A stretch of 64,000 bases of DNA from positions 1,056,001 to 1,120,000 of the forward strand of contig CAWCFX010000001.1 of NCBI GenBank assembly GCA_963795085.1. Direction: 5' to 3'. Shown in pieces: positions 1-10,618 of the stretch (the first letter of the stretch is position 1; the number at the start of each line of letters is the position of its first letter). Below the pieces are notes generated by a model, which ran no database searches, was not told where the DNA came from, and worked only from the letters and a program-made list of their open reading frames with translations. A program made the translations under genes and the position numbers. Source of the stretch: an uncultured Gemmatimonadales bacterium (GTDB taxonomy: Bacteria; Gemmatimonadota; Gemmatimonadetes; Gemmatimonadales; GWC2-71-9).

Positions 1-1083
1 GCCGGCGAACTTCTGGTGCATTTTGGTGGTGGGAGCGCCACCCGGGGCATCGTCTTCTTCGTTCTGCAGGTCGGCCAGGGCGTCGATTCCGCCCGCCAGG
101 AATTTCTGGAGGCCGCGTTCCAGCGCCATGCCCGCCGTCCGGAAATTGAAAAGTGTCGAGAACTGCAGGGTGAACCCCAGGTCCGCCAGCTGCTGGTTGG
201 TGATCAGCGTGCCGCCCCGCTTGGCTTTCCCGAAGTAGAGCGAGGGCGACAGGTTGAACCCGAGCATCTGGCCGGGGTAGTGCTTGCGGACTCCCTCGGC
301 GAACTCCTGGGGCTGGTCGATCTCGGTATTGTTGAACTCGGGCCAGACCACATCGACGCCCAGGTCGGCCGCTTCCCAGGCATCTTCGATCGCGCCCTGA
401 ACCCCGCCCGCGCTGGCGCCGGGGATGGCGCCGTCCACCGAGTCGGTCCGGGCGATGATCACCACGTCCGTCCCGGTGGCCTGTTTGGCGGCCTTGATGG
501 CCTTGAGCTTGGCGATCCACTCCTTCCGCGGCACCAGCACCTTGGCCCGCTTGTGGGCCCCCACCTTCACGATGTGGCCGCAGGTGCGGTCGGCCGGGTC
601 CTGGTTCTCCAGGTGCACACCGGCGGCCCGGGCCCGGATCAATTCGACCGCGAGGGAGAAGGTCTGGCCTGGCCCGCCGAACCCCGCTTCCATATCCACG
701 AACATCGGCGGTATTGGGAGGATCTCGCCGCCGGTATCGTAGAAATGGGTGTGCCGCGCCCCCTCGATGCCCATCCACAACTCGTGCACCAGCTTGACCA
801 TGTCGTGCGACGCATAGACGCCGATGTCGGGGAACATGCTCTTGGTCGCGGCGAGCTGCCACCCGCTGCCGTACAGCGCCCGGAACCCCAGGCGGGTCAT
901 GATCGCCGCGGTAAAGGCGTCGTACGCGCCGGCGGTGTGGACAAAGCTCCCGGCGGCATGCGCCTCGGTGAGGACGCGGCGCAGCTTGGCCGCCGGGTGC
1001 TCGTCTTCGGCGGGCGCGAAGAGCCGGGCGATGTCCGCTTCGGGATAGCGAGAGGTTTTATCGGGAGACGGACCGGATGCCAT
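1..1083 (-). CDS. aceA: Isocitrate lyase / PEP mutase family enzyme, running off the left edge of the window
   Basis: Manual minus-strand translation from ATG 1083 gives GAYDAFTA, LYGSGWQLAA, PMFVDMEAGFGG, AGVHLENQ..RTCGH, IIARTDS, GFNLSPS and HQKFAG, which are ICL motifs. Absent from the ORF track because its stop lies outside the window. Confidence 0.8.
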   Translation of the reverse strand, partial: MASGPSPDKTSRYPEADIARLFAPAEDEHPAAKLRRVLTEAHAAGSFVHTAGAYDAFTAAIMTRLGFRALYGSGWQLAATKSMFPDIGVYASHDMVKLVHELWMGIEGARHTHFYDTGGEILPIPPMFVDMEAGFGGPGQTFSLAVELIRARAAGVHLENQDPADRTCGHIVKVGAHKRAKVLVPRKEWIAKLKAIKAAKQATGTDVVIIARTDSVDGAIPGASAGGVQGAIEDAWEAADLGVDVVWPEFNNTEIDQPQEFAEGVRKHYPGQMLGFNLSPSLYFGKAKRGGTLITNQQLADLGFTLQFSTLFNFRTAGMALERGLQKFLAGGIDALADLQNEEDDAPGGAPTTKMHQKFAG

Positions 1084-1292
1084 GGAAGATCCTCGTCAGG
1101 GAAGCTGGGTCGGCCGGTGGATGCGGGGGGAGAGGATTCAATTTGCGCGCCGTCCCGGGGCGCCCCGGTGAGGGGCTTCCCGCACTATAACGGGTTCCCG
1201 GGGGCCGGCATCGGGCGGATTCCCGGCCTTCAGGCCGGACTGTGGCGGAGGAACCACAGAGCCGATGGCCCGGTCCCACTTCACGAAGCCGC

Positions 1293-3803
1293 CTAGCGGG
1301 TGGAGATGACGACGATGGCCACCACGCTGGCCAGCACCTGGGCGACCGCGCCGAAGATGCCGACATAGTCCTTGCGATCATCGGGGTCCTTCTCCGGGAC
1401 GAAGACGAACGCGCCCGCCAGCGGCTCGGGCTTGGAATCAGGGAAGAAGAACCGCCGCTTGACGCTTTCCACCTTGCCGTTGGGCTGAGTCACGTAGGCG
1501 CGGCCCCGGTCCGCCAGCCGGGAGTAGCCGCCCGCCGAATAGACGTAGTAGTCCACGCTCTGGCCGGGCGCGTACGAGATGGCGACCGGCGAGTTGACCG
1601 CCCCGGAGACCCGCACCACCGGATTGTACTCCGGGATAAAAATCGAATCGCCGCCTACCAGGATCAGGTTATCGCGGTCGCGGGGGTTCCTGATGACCCG
1701 GGGGAGGTCAACGCCGATCCGCCCGGCGCGGTTGAGCGACCGGTAGAACTCCACACCGGTCGGGTAGGCCTCATTGGTCAGGCCGCCGACCCGCTGGATC
1801 AGCTCGAGCATCCGGTCGGACCGCGTTCGCAGCGCATACCGGCCGGGGTACCGGACCTGGCCGGTGATGGCGACGGTGCGCTGGAACTCCCAGTCGGGCT
1901 GGCGCAGAATGAGGATGTTGTCATAGGGCTGCAGGCGTACGGTCGGCGCGCCGCTGGCGGCCGCTTCCAGCCCCGGCGGGCCAAGATAGACGGAGTCGCG
2001 GTCCCGCTCGAAGAGGTAGGTCGAGTCGAGCTTGACGCGGATGGTCTGCGCCACCTGCCCGTTGGTCCGGTCGTCCGGCAGCCGGGCGATTTCCGCTTCC
2101 TGGAGCAGCGCGTCCTCGGTCACGCCGCGCGCCAGCAGGACGGCGTCCCGCAGGGTCATCCCGTCTCGATAGGGCAGCCGTCCCGGTTTGCGGACCGCGC
2201 CGGTGATCGCGATGAAGCGGACGGGGCGGAAGTCGGTGCGCGAAAAGACCTGGATCTCATCTTCGTCCTCGAGGACCAGGTCCGGCGTGACGGCGCCGCT
2301 CGAGTCCACGAACGATGAGCGGAGCTGGATCCGGGTGGAATCGCTGAGCAGCCGGGAAATGAGAATCTGGCCGAGGTACACGTCGGGCTTGGGGCCACCG
2401 GCCAGGCGGATCGCCTCGCTCAGCCGCAGGCCGCGCCGGTGGCCCACCTGGCCGTCGATCCAGACGTTGCCCTTCACGGTGACGAACCCGCGAGGCCGGT
2501 CGGACACGGCGAAGACGGTGACCGAGTCGCCGGCCAGCAATGGGAACGCCGGGCCCAGCGGGTCGGAAAACTGGGCGGCGCCGAGATCCACTACGACCCG
2601 CTCACGGCCGCCCGGTTCCCGATGCTCGGCCGGAAGGATGCGGTGAATCTGGACCCGCTGACCCAGCGCGCCGGCCTTGAAGCCGCCGGCGGCCCGGACC
2701 AGGTCCCGCAAGGTTTCGCCCGGCTTCAGCTCGTAGATCGCGGGGCGCACGATTTCCCCGGTGATAGCCACGTGCGGCCCGTGCACCGGGATGAAGACCA
2801 CGTCGCCGTTCTGGAGCCGGATGTCGCTGCGGCCGTCGCCGGCGAGCAGGTAATCGTACAGGTCAAGCGAGTCCACCAGGGCGCTGCCGCGGCGGATCAG
2901 GATGTTCCGGAAAGTTCCGTTGACCGTGGGGCCGCCCGCCGCGTAGATCGCGGATAGCGAGGTGCCGGCGGCCGAGATCTGGTAGGAGCCGGGCCGGGCC
3001 GCCTCGCCTACCACGAAGATCTGGTTCCGGCGCAGCCGGGCCACCGTCACTTTGAAGGTGGTAGTGGCACCGGGTCCCCGGCGGACCCCGCTGTACACCC
3101 GGCCCAGCCGCGAGTACAACAGGTCTTCCAGATCTCCCAGGGTGAGGTTGGCGGCGTAAACCTGGCCCACCTGGGGAATCACGATAAACCCCTCGCGATT
3201 GACCTCGAGGGTGTGGGCCTGTTCGACATCGCCGGCCAGGATGAGGACCAGCACGTCGCCGGGCCCCAGCCGGTAGCCGGCATCGACCGGGCCGGCCAGC
3301 GACGGCTCAAACTGGCTGGTGCGCACTCGAAAGACGTTGAGGCCGAAGATCGTGAGTTCGGCCCGGCGGCGCCGGAGCGAGTCGGGGAGGAGCGAGTCGC
3401 GCCCCAGCGAGTCGAGGTAGATCGAATCCCCGGCGGCCAGGCTGTCGGGGAACCCTGCCGTGAGTTGCAGGGAGTCGAGGTCCTCGGTGCTGGCGATGCC
3501 CAGCAGGCGGAGTGCCTCGAAGGTGCCGGAGGTGGGACGAACGGTGCGGGTGGTGTCCGCCCCGCTCAGGTAATCGTCCAGCATGGTTTCCGGGTATCCG
3601 GCCGCCCGGAGCCGGGCCCGGATCTGGTCCGGGGTCAGGCCGGAGGCGCCGATCCGTTCGCGGAGGGAGCGCACCAGGTCGGGACGGTTGCGAAGCAGTT
3701 CCCGGGCCTGCTCCGGCGTCGGCTGCTGGGCCCGAACGGTGCCGGCGCCGGCCGCGACCAGGGCCAGGAGCAGGGCGGCACGTATGAATCGAACGTGGGG
3801 CAA
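1293..3803 (-). CDS. SLBB-domain polysaccharide export protein (Wza/KpsD-like)
   Basis: Signal peptide, YRLGPGDVL Poly_export motif and repeated VxGxVxxPG SLBB domains. Confidence 0.9.
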   Translation of the reverse strand: MPHVRFIRAALLLALVAAGAGTVRAQQPTPEQARELLRNRPDLVRSLRERIGASGLTPDQIRARLRAAGYPETMLDDYLSGADTTRTVRPTSGTFEALRLLGIASTEDLDSLQLTAGFPDSLAAGDSIYLDSLGRDSLLPDSLRRRRAELTIFGLNVFRVRTSQFEPSLAGPVDAGYRLGPGDVLVLILAGDVEQAHTLEVNREGFIVIPQVGQVYAANLTLGDLEDLLYSRLGRVYSGVRRGPGATTTFKVTVARLRRNQIFVVGEAARPGSYQISAAGTSLSAIYAAGGPTVNGTFRNILIRRGSALVDSLDLYDYLLAGDGRSDIRLQNGDVVFIPVHGPHVAITGEIVRPAIYELKPGETLRDLVRAAGGFKAGALGQRVQIHRILPAEHREPGGRERVVVDLGAAQFSDPLGPAFPLLAGDSVTVFAVSDRPRGFVTVKGNVWIDGQVGHRRGLRLSEAIRLAGGPKPDVYLGQILISRLLSDSTRIQLRSSFVDSSGAVTPDLVLEDEDEIQVFSRTDFRPVRFIAITGAVRKPGRLPYRDGMTLRDAVLLARGVTEDALLQEAEIARLPDDRTNGQVAQTIRVKLDSTYLFERDRDSVYLGPPGLEAAASGAPTVRLQPYDNILILRQPDWEFQRTVAITGQVRYPGRYALRTRSDRMLELIQRVGGLTNEAYPTGVEFYRSLNRAGRIGVDLPRVIRNPRDRDNLILVGGDSIFIPEYNPVVRVSGAVNSPVAISYAPGQSVDYYVYSAGGYSRLADRGRAYVTQPNGKVESVKRRFFFPDSKPEPLAGAFVFVPEKDPDDRKDYVGIFGAVAQVLASVVAIVVISTR

Positions 3804-3884
3804 AGGTGCGACTCCGATGATGCTGGGGCAGGAAGGTCAGTCCATAGTATATACAGGCGAAAGGCTCCGGGAACCAGCGTCTGG

Positions 3885-5000
3885 CTAGCCCCCGGCCTTG
3901 CCGGCGATGGTCTGCCAGTAGGCCAGGGTTTTTCTGGCGATGGCCGCGTCCACGTACTCGCCCATGACCCGCCGGCGCCCTTCCAGCGCAAAGGCCACCC
4001 GCCGGGCCGGCGCCTGCAGGAGTTCCTGCAGCGCTTCGGTGAGCGCGGGCGCGTTGTCTTCGTTGACCACCAGGCCGGCGGGGCCGATGATTTCCGGCAG
4101 GGCGCCCGACGTGCTGCCCACCACCGGCAGGCCGAATCCCATCGCTTCGATGACCGCGCGGCCGTGGCCCTCCACCCACTGCCGGGTGGTGCGGGCCGGC
4201 AGGGCGAGGCAATCGAGCCGGGGCCACAGGGTGGAGAGCTCTTCCGGCGGCAGCGCGCCAAGCCAGGTGATCCGCGCCGCGATGCCAAGCCGCTCGGCGA
4301 GTTTTTCCAGTTCCTCCTGCGCGGGGCCGCTGCCGGCCACCAGCAGGTCCCAGTCGCCCGACAGTCGCACCGCCGCCCGGAGCAGAATGTCGAGCCCCTT
4401 CTCGGGCACCAGCCGGCCCACGAATCCGATGGTGAAGCGCGGGTGCGGCACCGGCGTCAGCATCCGGGGAATGTTGATGCCCAGCTGGGGGATCACGGTA
4501 ACGGGCACCTCGGGCCTGCCCCGGGAGAGCAGGGCCGCGGCCAGCCGGTTCTCGCCGATAAAGCCGGAGGCCCGCTTCACGCTGCGGTCCCCGCGCCACC
4601 GCTCCGCCATCCCCAGGCTGCGCGCCACGCTGGAGCTGGAGAAGAGGACGCAGGGGGTTTTCATCCGGGCCGACATCCGGGTGGCCACCGCGGCGGCCTG
4701 GCTCCACGGCTCCTCCTCGATCTGGACGATGTCGGGGCGGAAATCGCGGAGCAGCTTGCGCAGGGTGGACCGGTCCCAGGCGGCGCTGGACCGCTTGCCC
4801 CCCATGCTGCGGACTTTCACCGGGACGATGCGGACACCGGCGTCGTCACCCCAGACGGCGGTGAGGGTGCCCCCGGTAATCGGCTGGTTCCAGTGTTCGG
4901 GGACCGCGACCGCCACGGCGCATCCCGAGCCCGCCAGCGAGCGCAGTTTGCCACGCAAGGCGGGATTGATGTACGTCCGGCTGATCACGACAGCGCGCAT
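3885..5000 (-). CDS. Glycosyltransferase family 4
   Basis: FVGRLVPEKG and EGHGRAVIEAMGFGLPVV (EX7E motif). Confidence 0.9.
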   Translation of the reverse strand: MRAVVISRTYINPALRGKLRSLAGSGCAVAVAVPEHWNQPITGGTLTAVWGDDAGVRIVPVKVRSMGGKRSSAAWDRSTLRKLLRDFRPDIVQIEEEPWSQAAAVATRMSARMKTPCVLFSSSSVARSLGMAERWRGDRSVKRASGFIGENRLAAALLSRGRPEVPVTVIPQLGINIPRMLTPVPHPRFTIGFVGRLVPEKGLDILLRAAVRLSGDWDLLVAGSGPAQEELEKLAERLGIAARITWLGALPPEELSTLWPRLDCLALPARTTRQWVEGHGRAVIEAMGFGLPVVGSTSGALPEIIGPAGLVVNEDNAPALTEALQELLQAPARRVAFALEGRRRVMGEYVDAAIARKTLAYWQTIAGKAGG

Positions 5001-5021
5001 AGACTCCAGGGGGCCAGTGGG

Positions 5022-6125
5022 TCAGAGGGCCAGAGGGCCAGTAGCCAGCCACGATTCGACGGCGCGCACCACCCGCTCCGCGGCGTGGCCGCTTCCATAT
5101 TCATCGCGATTCCAGGTGGCGCCTCCCCGCCACCGGTCGAGCTGCGCGTGCACCGCCGGGGCCAGGTCGGCTCCGGCCCGCGCCGGGGGGACCACGCAGT
5201 TCGCGCCGCACTCGACGGTCTCGCCCCATTCGGTCTCCCGGCGCAAGGTGACGCAGGGGACGCCGAGCCAGTAGGCCTCCCGCTGGATGCCCCCGGAGTC
5301 GGTGATCACCAGCGCGGCGGACCCGGTAAGCGCCAGGCTTTCCAGGTAGCCGACCGGCTCGATGATGGTCAGGCGCCCGAACGTGACTCGGGACTCGCCG
5401 GCGGCGGCCAGCACGGCGCGGGTCCGCGGGTGGAGCGCGAGGAGCACCGGCAGTTCGAGCCGGCCCAGCGCTTCGAGCACCCCAACCAGGCCGGCAGGAT
5501 CTTCGGTCAGTTCGGCCCGGTGCAGGGTCGCAAATGCGTAGCGGGCGCCGAAGGAAGCCGGCAGCACCGAGTCCACCGCCGGCACCGTGTCACGGGACCG
5601 GCGGAGGACATCCCGGGCCACATCGCCGGTATCCACGACCATGGCGTCGGCCCGCTCCCTCTGGAGCCGCTGGGCGGAGCGGGGACCGGGCGCGCACAGC
5701 AGAGTGGCCGCGGCGTCCACCAGCCGGCGATTGATTTCCTCCGGCATGCTCCGGTCGCGGGCCCGCAGCCCTGCCTCGACATGGGCCACCGGCACCCCGG
5801 CCTTCGCGGCGGCGAGGGCGCACCCCAGGGTCGAATTGGTGTCGCCGATGACGACCATCGCCGCGGGGCGAATCTCGAGCAGCAGCGCTTCCATCTTCAC
5901 CAGGATGGCCGCGGTCTGCGGGGCGTGGCCGGCCGAGCCCACTTCCAGGAAATGGTCCGGCGGGGCGACCTCGAGCTGGTCGTACAGCAGCTGGTTCAGG
6001 GCATAGTCGTAATGCTGGCCGGTGTCCACCGCGATCACCGGCCACCGGCCGGACAGGGCCTGCCGGAGCACGCTCGCCTTGATGACCTGGGGACGGGTTC
6101 CGTAGCAGAGCGCGATGGGTGGCAT
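5022..6125 (-). CDS. wecB: UDP-N-acetylglucosamine 2-epimerase (non-hydrolysing)
   Basis: GTRPQVIK, TGQHYD, GDTNST, HVEAGLR, MPEEINR and TDSGGIQREA. True start taken at MPPIAL rather than the extended ORF start. Confidence 0.92.
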   Translation of the reverse strand: MPPIALCYGTRPQVIKASVLRQALSGRWPVIAVDTGQHYDYALNQLLYDQLEVAPPDHFLEVGSAGHAPQTAAILVKMEALLLEIRPAAMVVIGDTNSTLGCALAAAKAGVPVAHVEAGLRARDRSMPEEINRRLVDAAATLLCAPGPRSAQRLQRERADAMVVDTGDVARDVLRRSRDTVPAVDSVLPASFGARYAFATLHRAELTEDPAGLVGVLEALGRLELPVLLALHPRTRAVLAAAGESRVTFGRLTIIEPVGYLESLALTGSAALVITDSGGIQREAYWLGVPCVTLRRETEWGETVECGANCVVPPARAGADLAPAVHAQLDRWRGGATWNRDEYGSGHAAERVVRAVESWLATGPLAL

Positions 6126-6200
6126 TGCGCTGTAAAATGGCGGGACGGGGCGCCGGTTCCAAGGAGTTGACTTCTGGACCGGGGCGGTCAAGTTGCCAGT

Positions 6201-7289
6201 ATGCGCATTCTCCATCTCGCGAAGTACTATTGGCCGCGATCCGGCGGGATGGAGCGGGTGGTCCAGGATCTGGCCGAGGGCACCTCGGCGCTGGGCCATG
6301 ACGTGGACGTGGTGGCGTATGACAGCCGGGGCCCGCGTGATGGCCGGCGGCAGCGGTCCCGGGTCACCCGGGTCTTTACCCTGGGCGCCGTGGGAAGCCA
6401 GGAGCTGGCGCCCGGCTACCTGACGGCGGCCCGCCGGGGCGCCGACATCATCCATCTCCATCATCCTCACACCCTCGCCGATTTCGCGGCACTGACCCGC
6501 AGCAAGCGTACGCCGCTGGTGATCACCCACCATGCCGACGGTAATCACCGGGGATTCCGGCGGTTGCTGGCGCGGGCCGCCCTGGCCCGGGCGGCGGCCA
6601 TCGTGGTGCCTAGCCGGGCCCACGTCGCGCTCTCGCCCGAACTGGTGGGACACGAGGCCAAGGTGGAGGTCATCCCCTTCGGCGTGGATATCGAGCGCTG
6701 GGTCACGGTGCCCGCCCCGGCGCCGGGGGCGCCGCCCAAGGCGCTCTTCATCGGGCGCCTGGTCCGGTACAAGGGCGTGGATATCCTGCTTCGCGCCATG
6801 GAGCGGGTGCCCGATCTGCGCCTTGATATCGTCGGCTCGGGGCCGGAGAGTTCCCGGCTCAAGACCCTGGCCCGAGCCCTCGCCATCACCGACCGGATCC
6901 GCTGGTTCGGGGAATACCCGGATGAAGACCTGCCCCGGCGGATGGCAGAGGCCGATTTCCTGGTGCTCCCCTCGGTGACCGTGGAAGAGATGTTCGGGCT
7001 GGTGGTTATCGAGGCGATGGCGGCCAGCCGGCCGGTCATCACCACCGCGCTTCCCAGCGGGGTCAGGGAGGTCAACGTGGCGGGAGAAACCGGGCTCGAA
7101 GTGCCGCTCCGGGACGTTGACGCGCTGGCTCGGGCCCTCGACACGCTGGCCCATGACGGCGCGCTCCGCTCGCGGCTGGGGGAAGCCGGCCGGCTCCGGG
7201 CGGAGCGGCACTTCAGCCGGCGCCGGATGGTGCAGGAGCATCTGGGCCTCTACGAGCGGCTCCTGGACGGGGTCCGGGCCGGCCGGTGA
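6201..7289 (+). CDS. Glycosyltransferase family 4
   Basis: GGMERVV, FIGRLVRYKG and EMFGLVVIEAMA. Confidence 0.9.
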   Translation: MRILHLAKYYWPRSGGMERVVQDLAEGTSALGHDVDVVAYDSRGPRDGRRQRSRVTRVFTLGAVGSQELAPGYLTAARRGADIIHLHHPHTLADFAALTRSKRTPLVITHHADGNHRGFRRLLARAALARAAAIVVPSRAHVALSPELVGHEAKVEVIPFGVDIERWVTVPAPAPGAPPKALFIGRLVRYKGVDILLRAMERVPDLRLDIVGSGPESSRLKTLARALAITDRIRWFGEYPDEDLPRRMAEADFLVLPSVTVEEMFGLVVIEAMAASRPVITTALPSGVREVNVAGETGLEVPLRDVDALARALDTLAHDGALRSRLGEAGRLRAERHFSRRRMVQEHLGLYERLLDGVRAGR

Positions 7290-7376
7290 CCAGGCTCCCC
7301 TGAACCGGGTCACTAGTGGCGGAAGTGGTGCACTGTACTAGCTTTAAGCGGATGCACAGGGTAGTCCCGTGACCTC

Positions 7377-9005
7377 ATGCCAGGACCGCACATCGCTACC
7401 ACCGTCCCGAAGGAACCGGTCTCCGATAGCCTAGCCTCGGTGGGTGGCGATTCCCCGCTTCGGGACGCCGTTCCTGCCCCCAGAGCCGCCGCTGACAACC
7501 GCACCTCGGACACCCCCCTCGAAGTCCGGCTGGCCCTGCAGCAGCGGGCCGCAAAGAACTTCGGCCGCCACCTGTTTCGGGGCCTCCGCCGGGTGGGAGT
7601 GCTGGTGCTGGCGGACCTGGTGGCCTTCCAGCTCATGCGGTCCCTGTTCCGCGCGCTCCGCGACCATGCCGCCGTCGGCGCCGATGTAGCCGCCGTACTG
7701 CAGGACCGGCTCCCCTCCGGATACCTGGGCGGATGGCAGTTTGCCGCCGCGCTGTTCCTGGGGCTCTACGTTACCGGCAACTACAGCCACGGCGACGATC
7801 GCCGCGACCCCCGCCGCCTGTTCGCGGGGTGTGCCCTCGGCGTCGCGCTGCCGCTGTGGATGCCGCTCTGGAGCCAGGGGCCGGGCATCGTCCTTCTGCA
7901 ATACGCACTCACCGCCACCTTCGTGTGGAGCGGCATCCTGGTCGAGCGGTTGCTGATCGACCGGATCGCGGCCGCCGTGTCGAGCGGAGAACGGCGCGCC
8001 GCCCGCACCGTCTTCGTCGGCCCCGCCGCCGACTGCCGGGCCGCCGCGCGCAACCCGGCGATCGTGGAATCGGCGGATTTCCGGGTCAAGGGATTCGTGG
8101 ACGTGCATTCCCCGCCGGCCTCCGATGCGCTGGGCAGCATCATGGAGTTCCCCCGGATCCTGCATGAGACCGGGGCCGAGGTGGTGGTGGCGTGCGGGTA
8201 CCTGGGCGACCGGCAGTTCACCGAGGTGGCCGAATCGGCGCTCTCGACCGGCTGCCACCTGCTCGCGATTCCCCGGTCCATCTCGGTCGCCGGGGTGCAG
8301 CCCCAGGTGGTGTGGCGGCAGGGACATCCCCTGATGGAACTGACGACGCCGAGCCTCAAGGCCCAGCAACTGGTGGTCAAGCGGGTGGTGGACCTGGTCG
8401 GGGCCACCGCCGGGCTCCTGCTGGCCGCGCCGGTCATGATCCTCGCCGCGATCGCGATCAAGCTCGATTCGCCGGGTCCGGTGTTCTTCCGGCAGGACCG
8501 GATCGGCACCGGGGGCCTGCCGTTCAAGGTGTGGAAGTTCCGCACCATGCAAACCGGCGCCTCCGAGGATGTCCACCGGGAGCTGGTGACCCGGATGCTG
8601 GTGGGCGAGGAACTGGGCACCGCGCACATGGGAGTGGACGGCAAACCGGTGTACAAGCTGGTGAACGACAGCCGGGTCACCCGGACCGGCAAGCTGCTGC
8701 GGCGGACCTCGCTCGACGAGCTGCCCCAGTTGTTCAACGTGCTCGCCGGGGACATGAGCCTGGTGGGCCCCCGGCCGCCGGTGTCCTACGAGTTCGAAGC
8801 GTACGATCACTGGCAGTATGACCGGCTCCAGGTGCGCCCGGGCATTACCGGCCTGTGGCAGGTCTCCGGGCGCAACCTGCTCACCTACCGCCAGATGTGC
8901 GAACTGGACGTGCAGTACGTGCGGGACTGGTCGCTGTTCCTGGATTTCAAGATCCTCCTGAAAACGATTCCCGTGGTGCTGTTCAACTCGGGGAAGGCCG
9001 CCTAG
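7377..9005 (+). CDS. Priming polyprenyl-phosphate glycosylphosphotransferase (WcaJ/WbaP-like)
   Basis: N-terminal TM helices, then KFRTM, LRRTSLDELPQLFNVL.GDMSLVGPRP and RPGITGLWQVSGR. Confidence 0.93.
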   Translation: MPGPHIATTVPKEPVSDSLASVGGDSPLRDAVPAPRAAADNRTSDTPLEVRLALQQRAAKNFGRHLFRGLRRVGVLVLADLVAFQLMRSLFRALRDHAAVGADVAAVLQDRLPSGYLGGWQFAAALFLGLYVTGNYSHGDDRRDPRRLFAGCALGVALPLWMPLWSQGPGIVLLQYALTATFVWSGILVERLLIDRIAAAVSSGERRAARTVFVGPAADCRAAARNPAIVESADFRVKGFVDVHSPPASDALGSIMEFPRILHETGAEVVVACGYLGDRQFTEVAESALSTGCHLLAIPRSISVAGVQPQVVWRQGHPLMELTTPSLKAQQLVVKRVVDLVGATAGLLLAAPVMILAAIAIKLDSPGPVFFRQDRIGTGGLPFKVWKFRTMQTGASEDVHRELVTRMLVGEELGTAHMGVDGKPVYKLVNDSRVTRTGKLLRRTSLDELPQLFNVLAGDMSLVGPRPPVSYEFEAYDHWQYDRLQVRPGITGLWQVSGRNLLTYRQMCELDVQYVRDWSLFLDFKILLKTIPVVLFNSGKAA

Positions 9006-9074
9006 GGAGCAGGGCAGCACGACAGGGCGGCAGTTAGGTTCGGGTCACTCATCTCTTCCATTCGGAGTCCGGCT

Positions 9075-10121
9075 TTGAGCCCAGTGCGGGTAGGCGTGAT
9101 CGGGTGCGGGTACTGGGGACCCAACCTCATTCGGAACTTTGCGCGGCATCCGCTGTCCCAGGTGCACGCGGTGTGCGATAATCGCTACGAGCGGGCCACC
9201 CGGGTGGGAGCCGAATACCGGGTGCCCACGATTACCGACCGCGCGGAGGAGGTGCTCAAGGCGCCGGACATCGACCTGGTCGTCATTGCCACGCCGTCGT
9301 TCACCCACTTCGAGCTGGCCAAGGCGGCGATCCTGGCCGGGAAGCACGTGCTGGTCATGAAGCCGCTGACCACCCGGGTCGAGGACGCCGAGGAGCTGTG
9401 CCAGCTGGCGGAACGGCAGGGGACCCTGCTGGCGGTGGACCACACGTTCGTGTTCACCGGCGCGGTCCGCAAGATGAAAGAGCTGATCGCCGGGGGCGAA
9501 GTCGGCGAGCTCTACTATTTCGATTCGGTCCGCATCAATCTCGGCCTGATCCAGACCGACATCAACGTCATCTGGGACCTGGCCCCCCACGACGTGTCCA
9601 TCATGGACTTCCTGATCGGCGAGGAGGCGACCGAGGTCTCCGCGACCGGGGCCTGCCACGGGGGCAGCCCGACCGAGAACATCGCGTACGTCAACGTGCA
9701 CTTCGGGGATTCTCTCCTGGGTCATATCCACGTGAACTGGCTGGCGCCCGCCAAGGTGCGGCGGACCATCGTGGGCGGCTCCAAGCGGATGATGATCTAC
9801 GACGACATGGAGCCCAGCGAGAAGCTCAAGGTGTACGACAAGGGGGTGCTGATCTCGCAGGGCACCTCGCCGGAGACCGAATATGAGTGGATGATTTCCT
9901 ACCGTTCCGGCGACATGCATTCCCCGCAGCTGGAGACCCGGGAGGCGCTGGCCGCCGAGACCGACAACATCATCCAGGCGGTCAAGGGCAAGGAGCCGCT
10001 GGTGGTGGACGGCGTGGCCGGCTGGCGGGTGGTCCGGATTCTCGATGCGGCGCAGCAGTCCATGAACCAGCAGGGGGCCCGGATCCGGGTCAGCCCGGCC
10101 CGGGCCGCCCACCCCCGGTGA
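9075..10121 (+). CDS. Gfo/Idh/MocA oxidoreductase (nucleotide-sugar dehydrogenase)
   Basis: GVIGCGYWG Rossmann motif, GKHVLVMKP and WDLAPHD. Confidence 0.88.
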   Translation: MSPVRVGVIGCGYWGPNLIRNFARHPLSQVHAVCDNRYERATRVGAEYRVPTITDRAEEVLKAPDIDLVVIATPSFTHFELAKAAILAGKHVLVMKPLTTRVEDAEELCQLAERQGTLLAVDHTFVFTGAVRKMKELIAGGEVGELYYFDSVRINLGLIQTDINVIWDLAPHDVSIMDFLIGEEATEVSATGACHGGSPTENIAYVNVHFGDSLLGHIHVNWLAPAKVRRTIVGGSKRMMIYDDMEPSEKLKVYDKGVLISQGTSPETEYEWMISYRSGDMHSPQLETREALAAETDNIIQAVKGKEPLVVDGVAGWRVVRILDAAQQSMNQQGARIRVSPARAAHPR

Positions 10122-10618
10122 CGCCCGCCGAGCAGGATACCATGCTCCGCCGGGTCGCCCCCGATGTGAAGCTGGGGCGCGGCGTCCGGATGTATGCCTT
10201 CGTGAATCTCTATGGGTGCGAGATCGGCGACGAGACGTCGATCGGCACCTTTGTGGAGATTCAGAAGGGGGTACGGATCGGGGCCCGCTGCAAGATCCAG
10301 AGCCATACGTTCATCTGCGAGGGCGTCACGATCGAAGACGAGGTCTTCGTGGGTCATAACGTGAACTTCATCAACGATCTCAATCCCCGCGCCACCAATC
10401 CCGACGGCAGCCGCCAGGGCGACGCGGACTGGCAGGTCGTCCCCACGGTGGTCCGGCGGCGAGCCTCCATCGGCACCGGCGCCGTGCTGCTCGGCGGCGT
10501 CACGATTGGCGAAGGCGCCGTGGTCGGGGCCGGGGCGGTCGTCACCAGGGACGTGCCCCCCGGCGCCACCGTCATGGGAAACCCCGCCCGCCTCTCGCCG
10601 GGCCGAACCGCGCGTTGA
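10118..10618 (+). CDS. Hexapeptide-repeat sugar N-acyltransferase (WbpD/WlbB/FdtC-like)
   Basis: GTGA overlap with the upstream stop, IGTFVEIQKG..IG.RCKIQSHTFICEG and VGAGAVVTRDVP..GNPAR. Confidence 0.88.
   Translation: MTPAEQDTMLRRVAPDVKLGRGVRMYAFVNLYGCEIGDETSIGTFVEIQKGVRIGARCKIQSHTFICEGVTIEDEVFVGHNVNFINDLNPRATNPDGSRQGDADWQVVPTVVRRRASIGTGAVLLGGVTIGEGAVVGAGAVVTRDVPPGATVMGNPARLSPGRTAR

Noticed and set aside
16..6170. Long antisense ORFs (16-1296, 3213-6170 and many similar across the window)
   Set aside because: These are shadow ORFs of high-GC genes on the opposite strand, with no motifs
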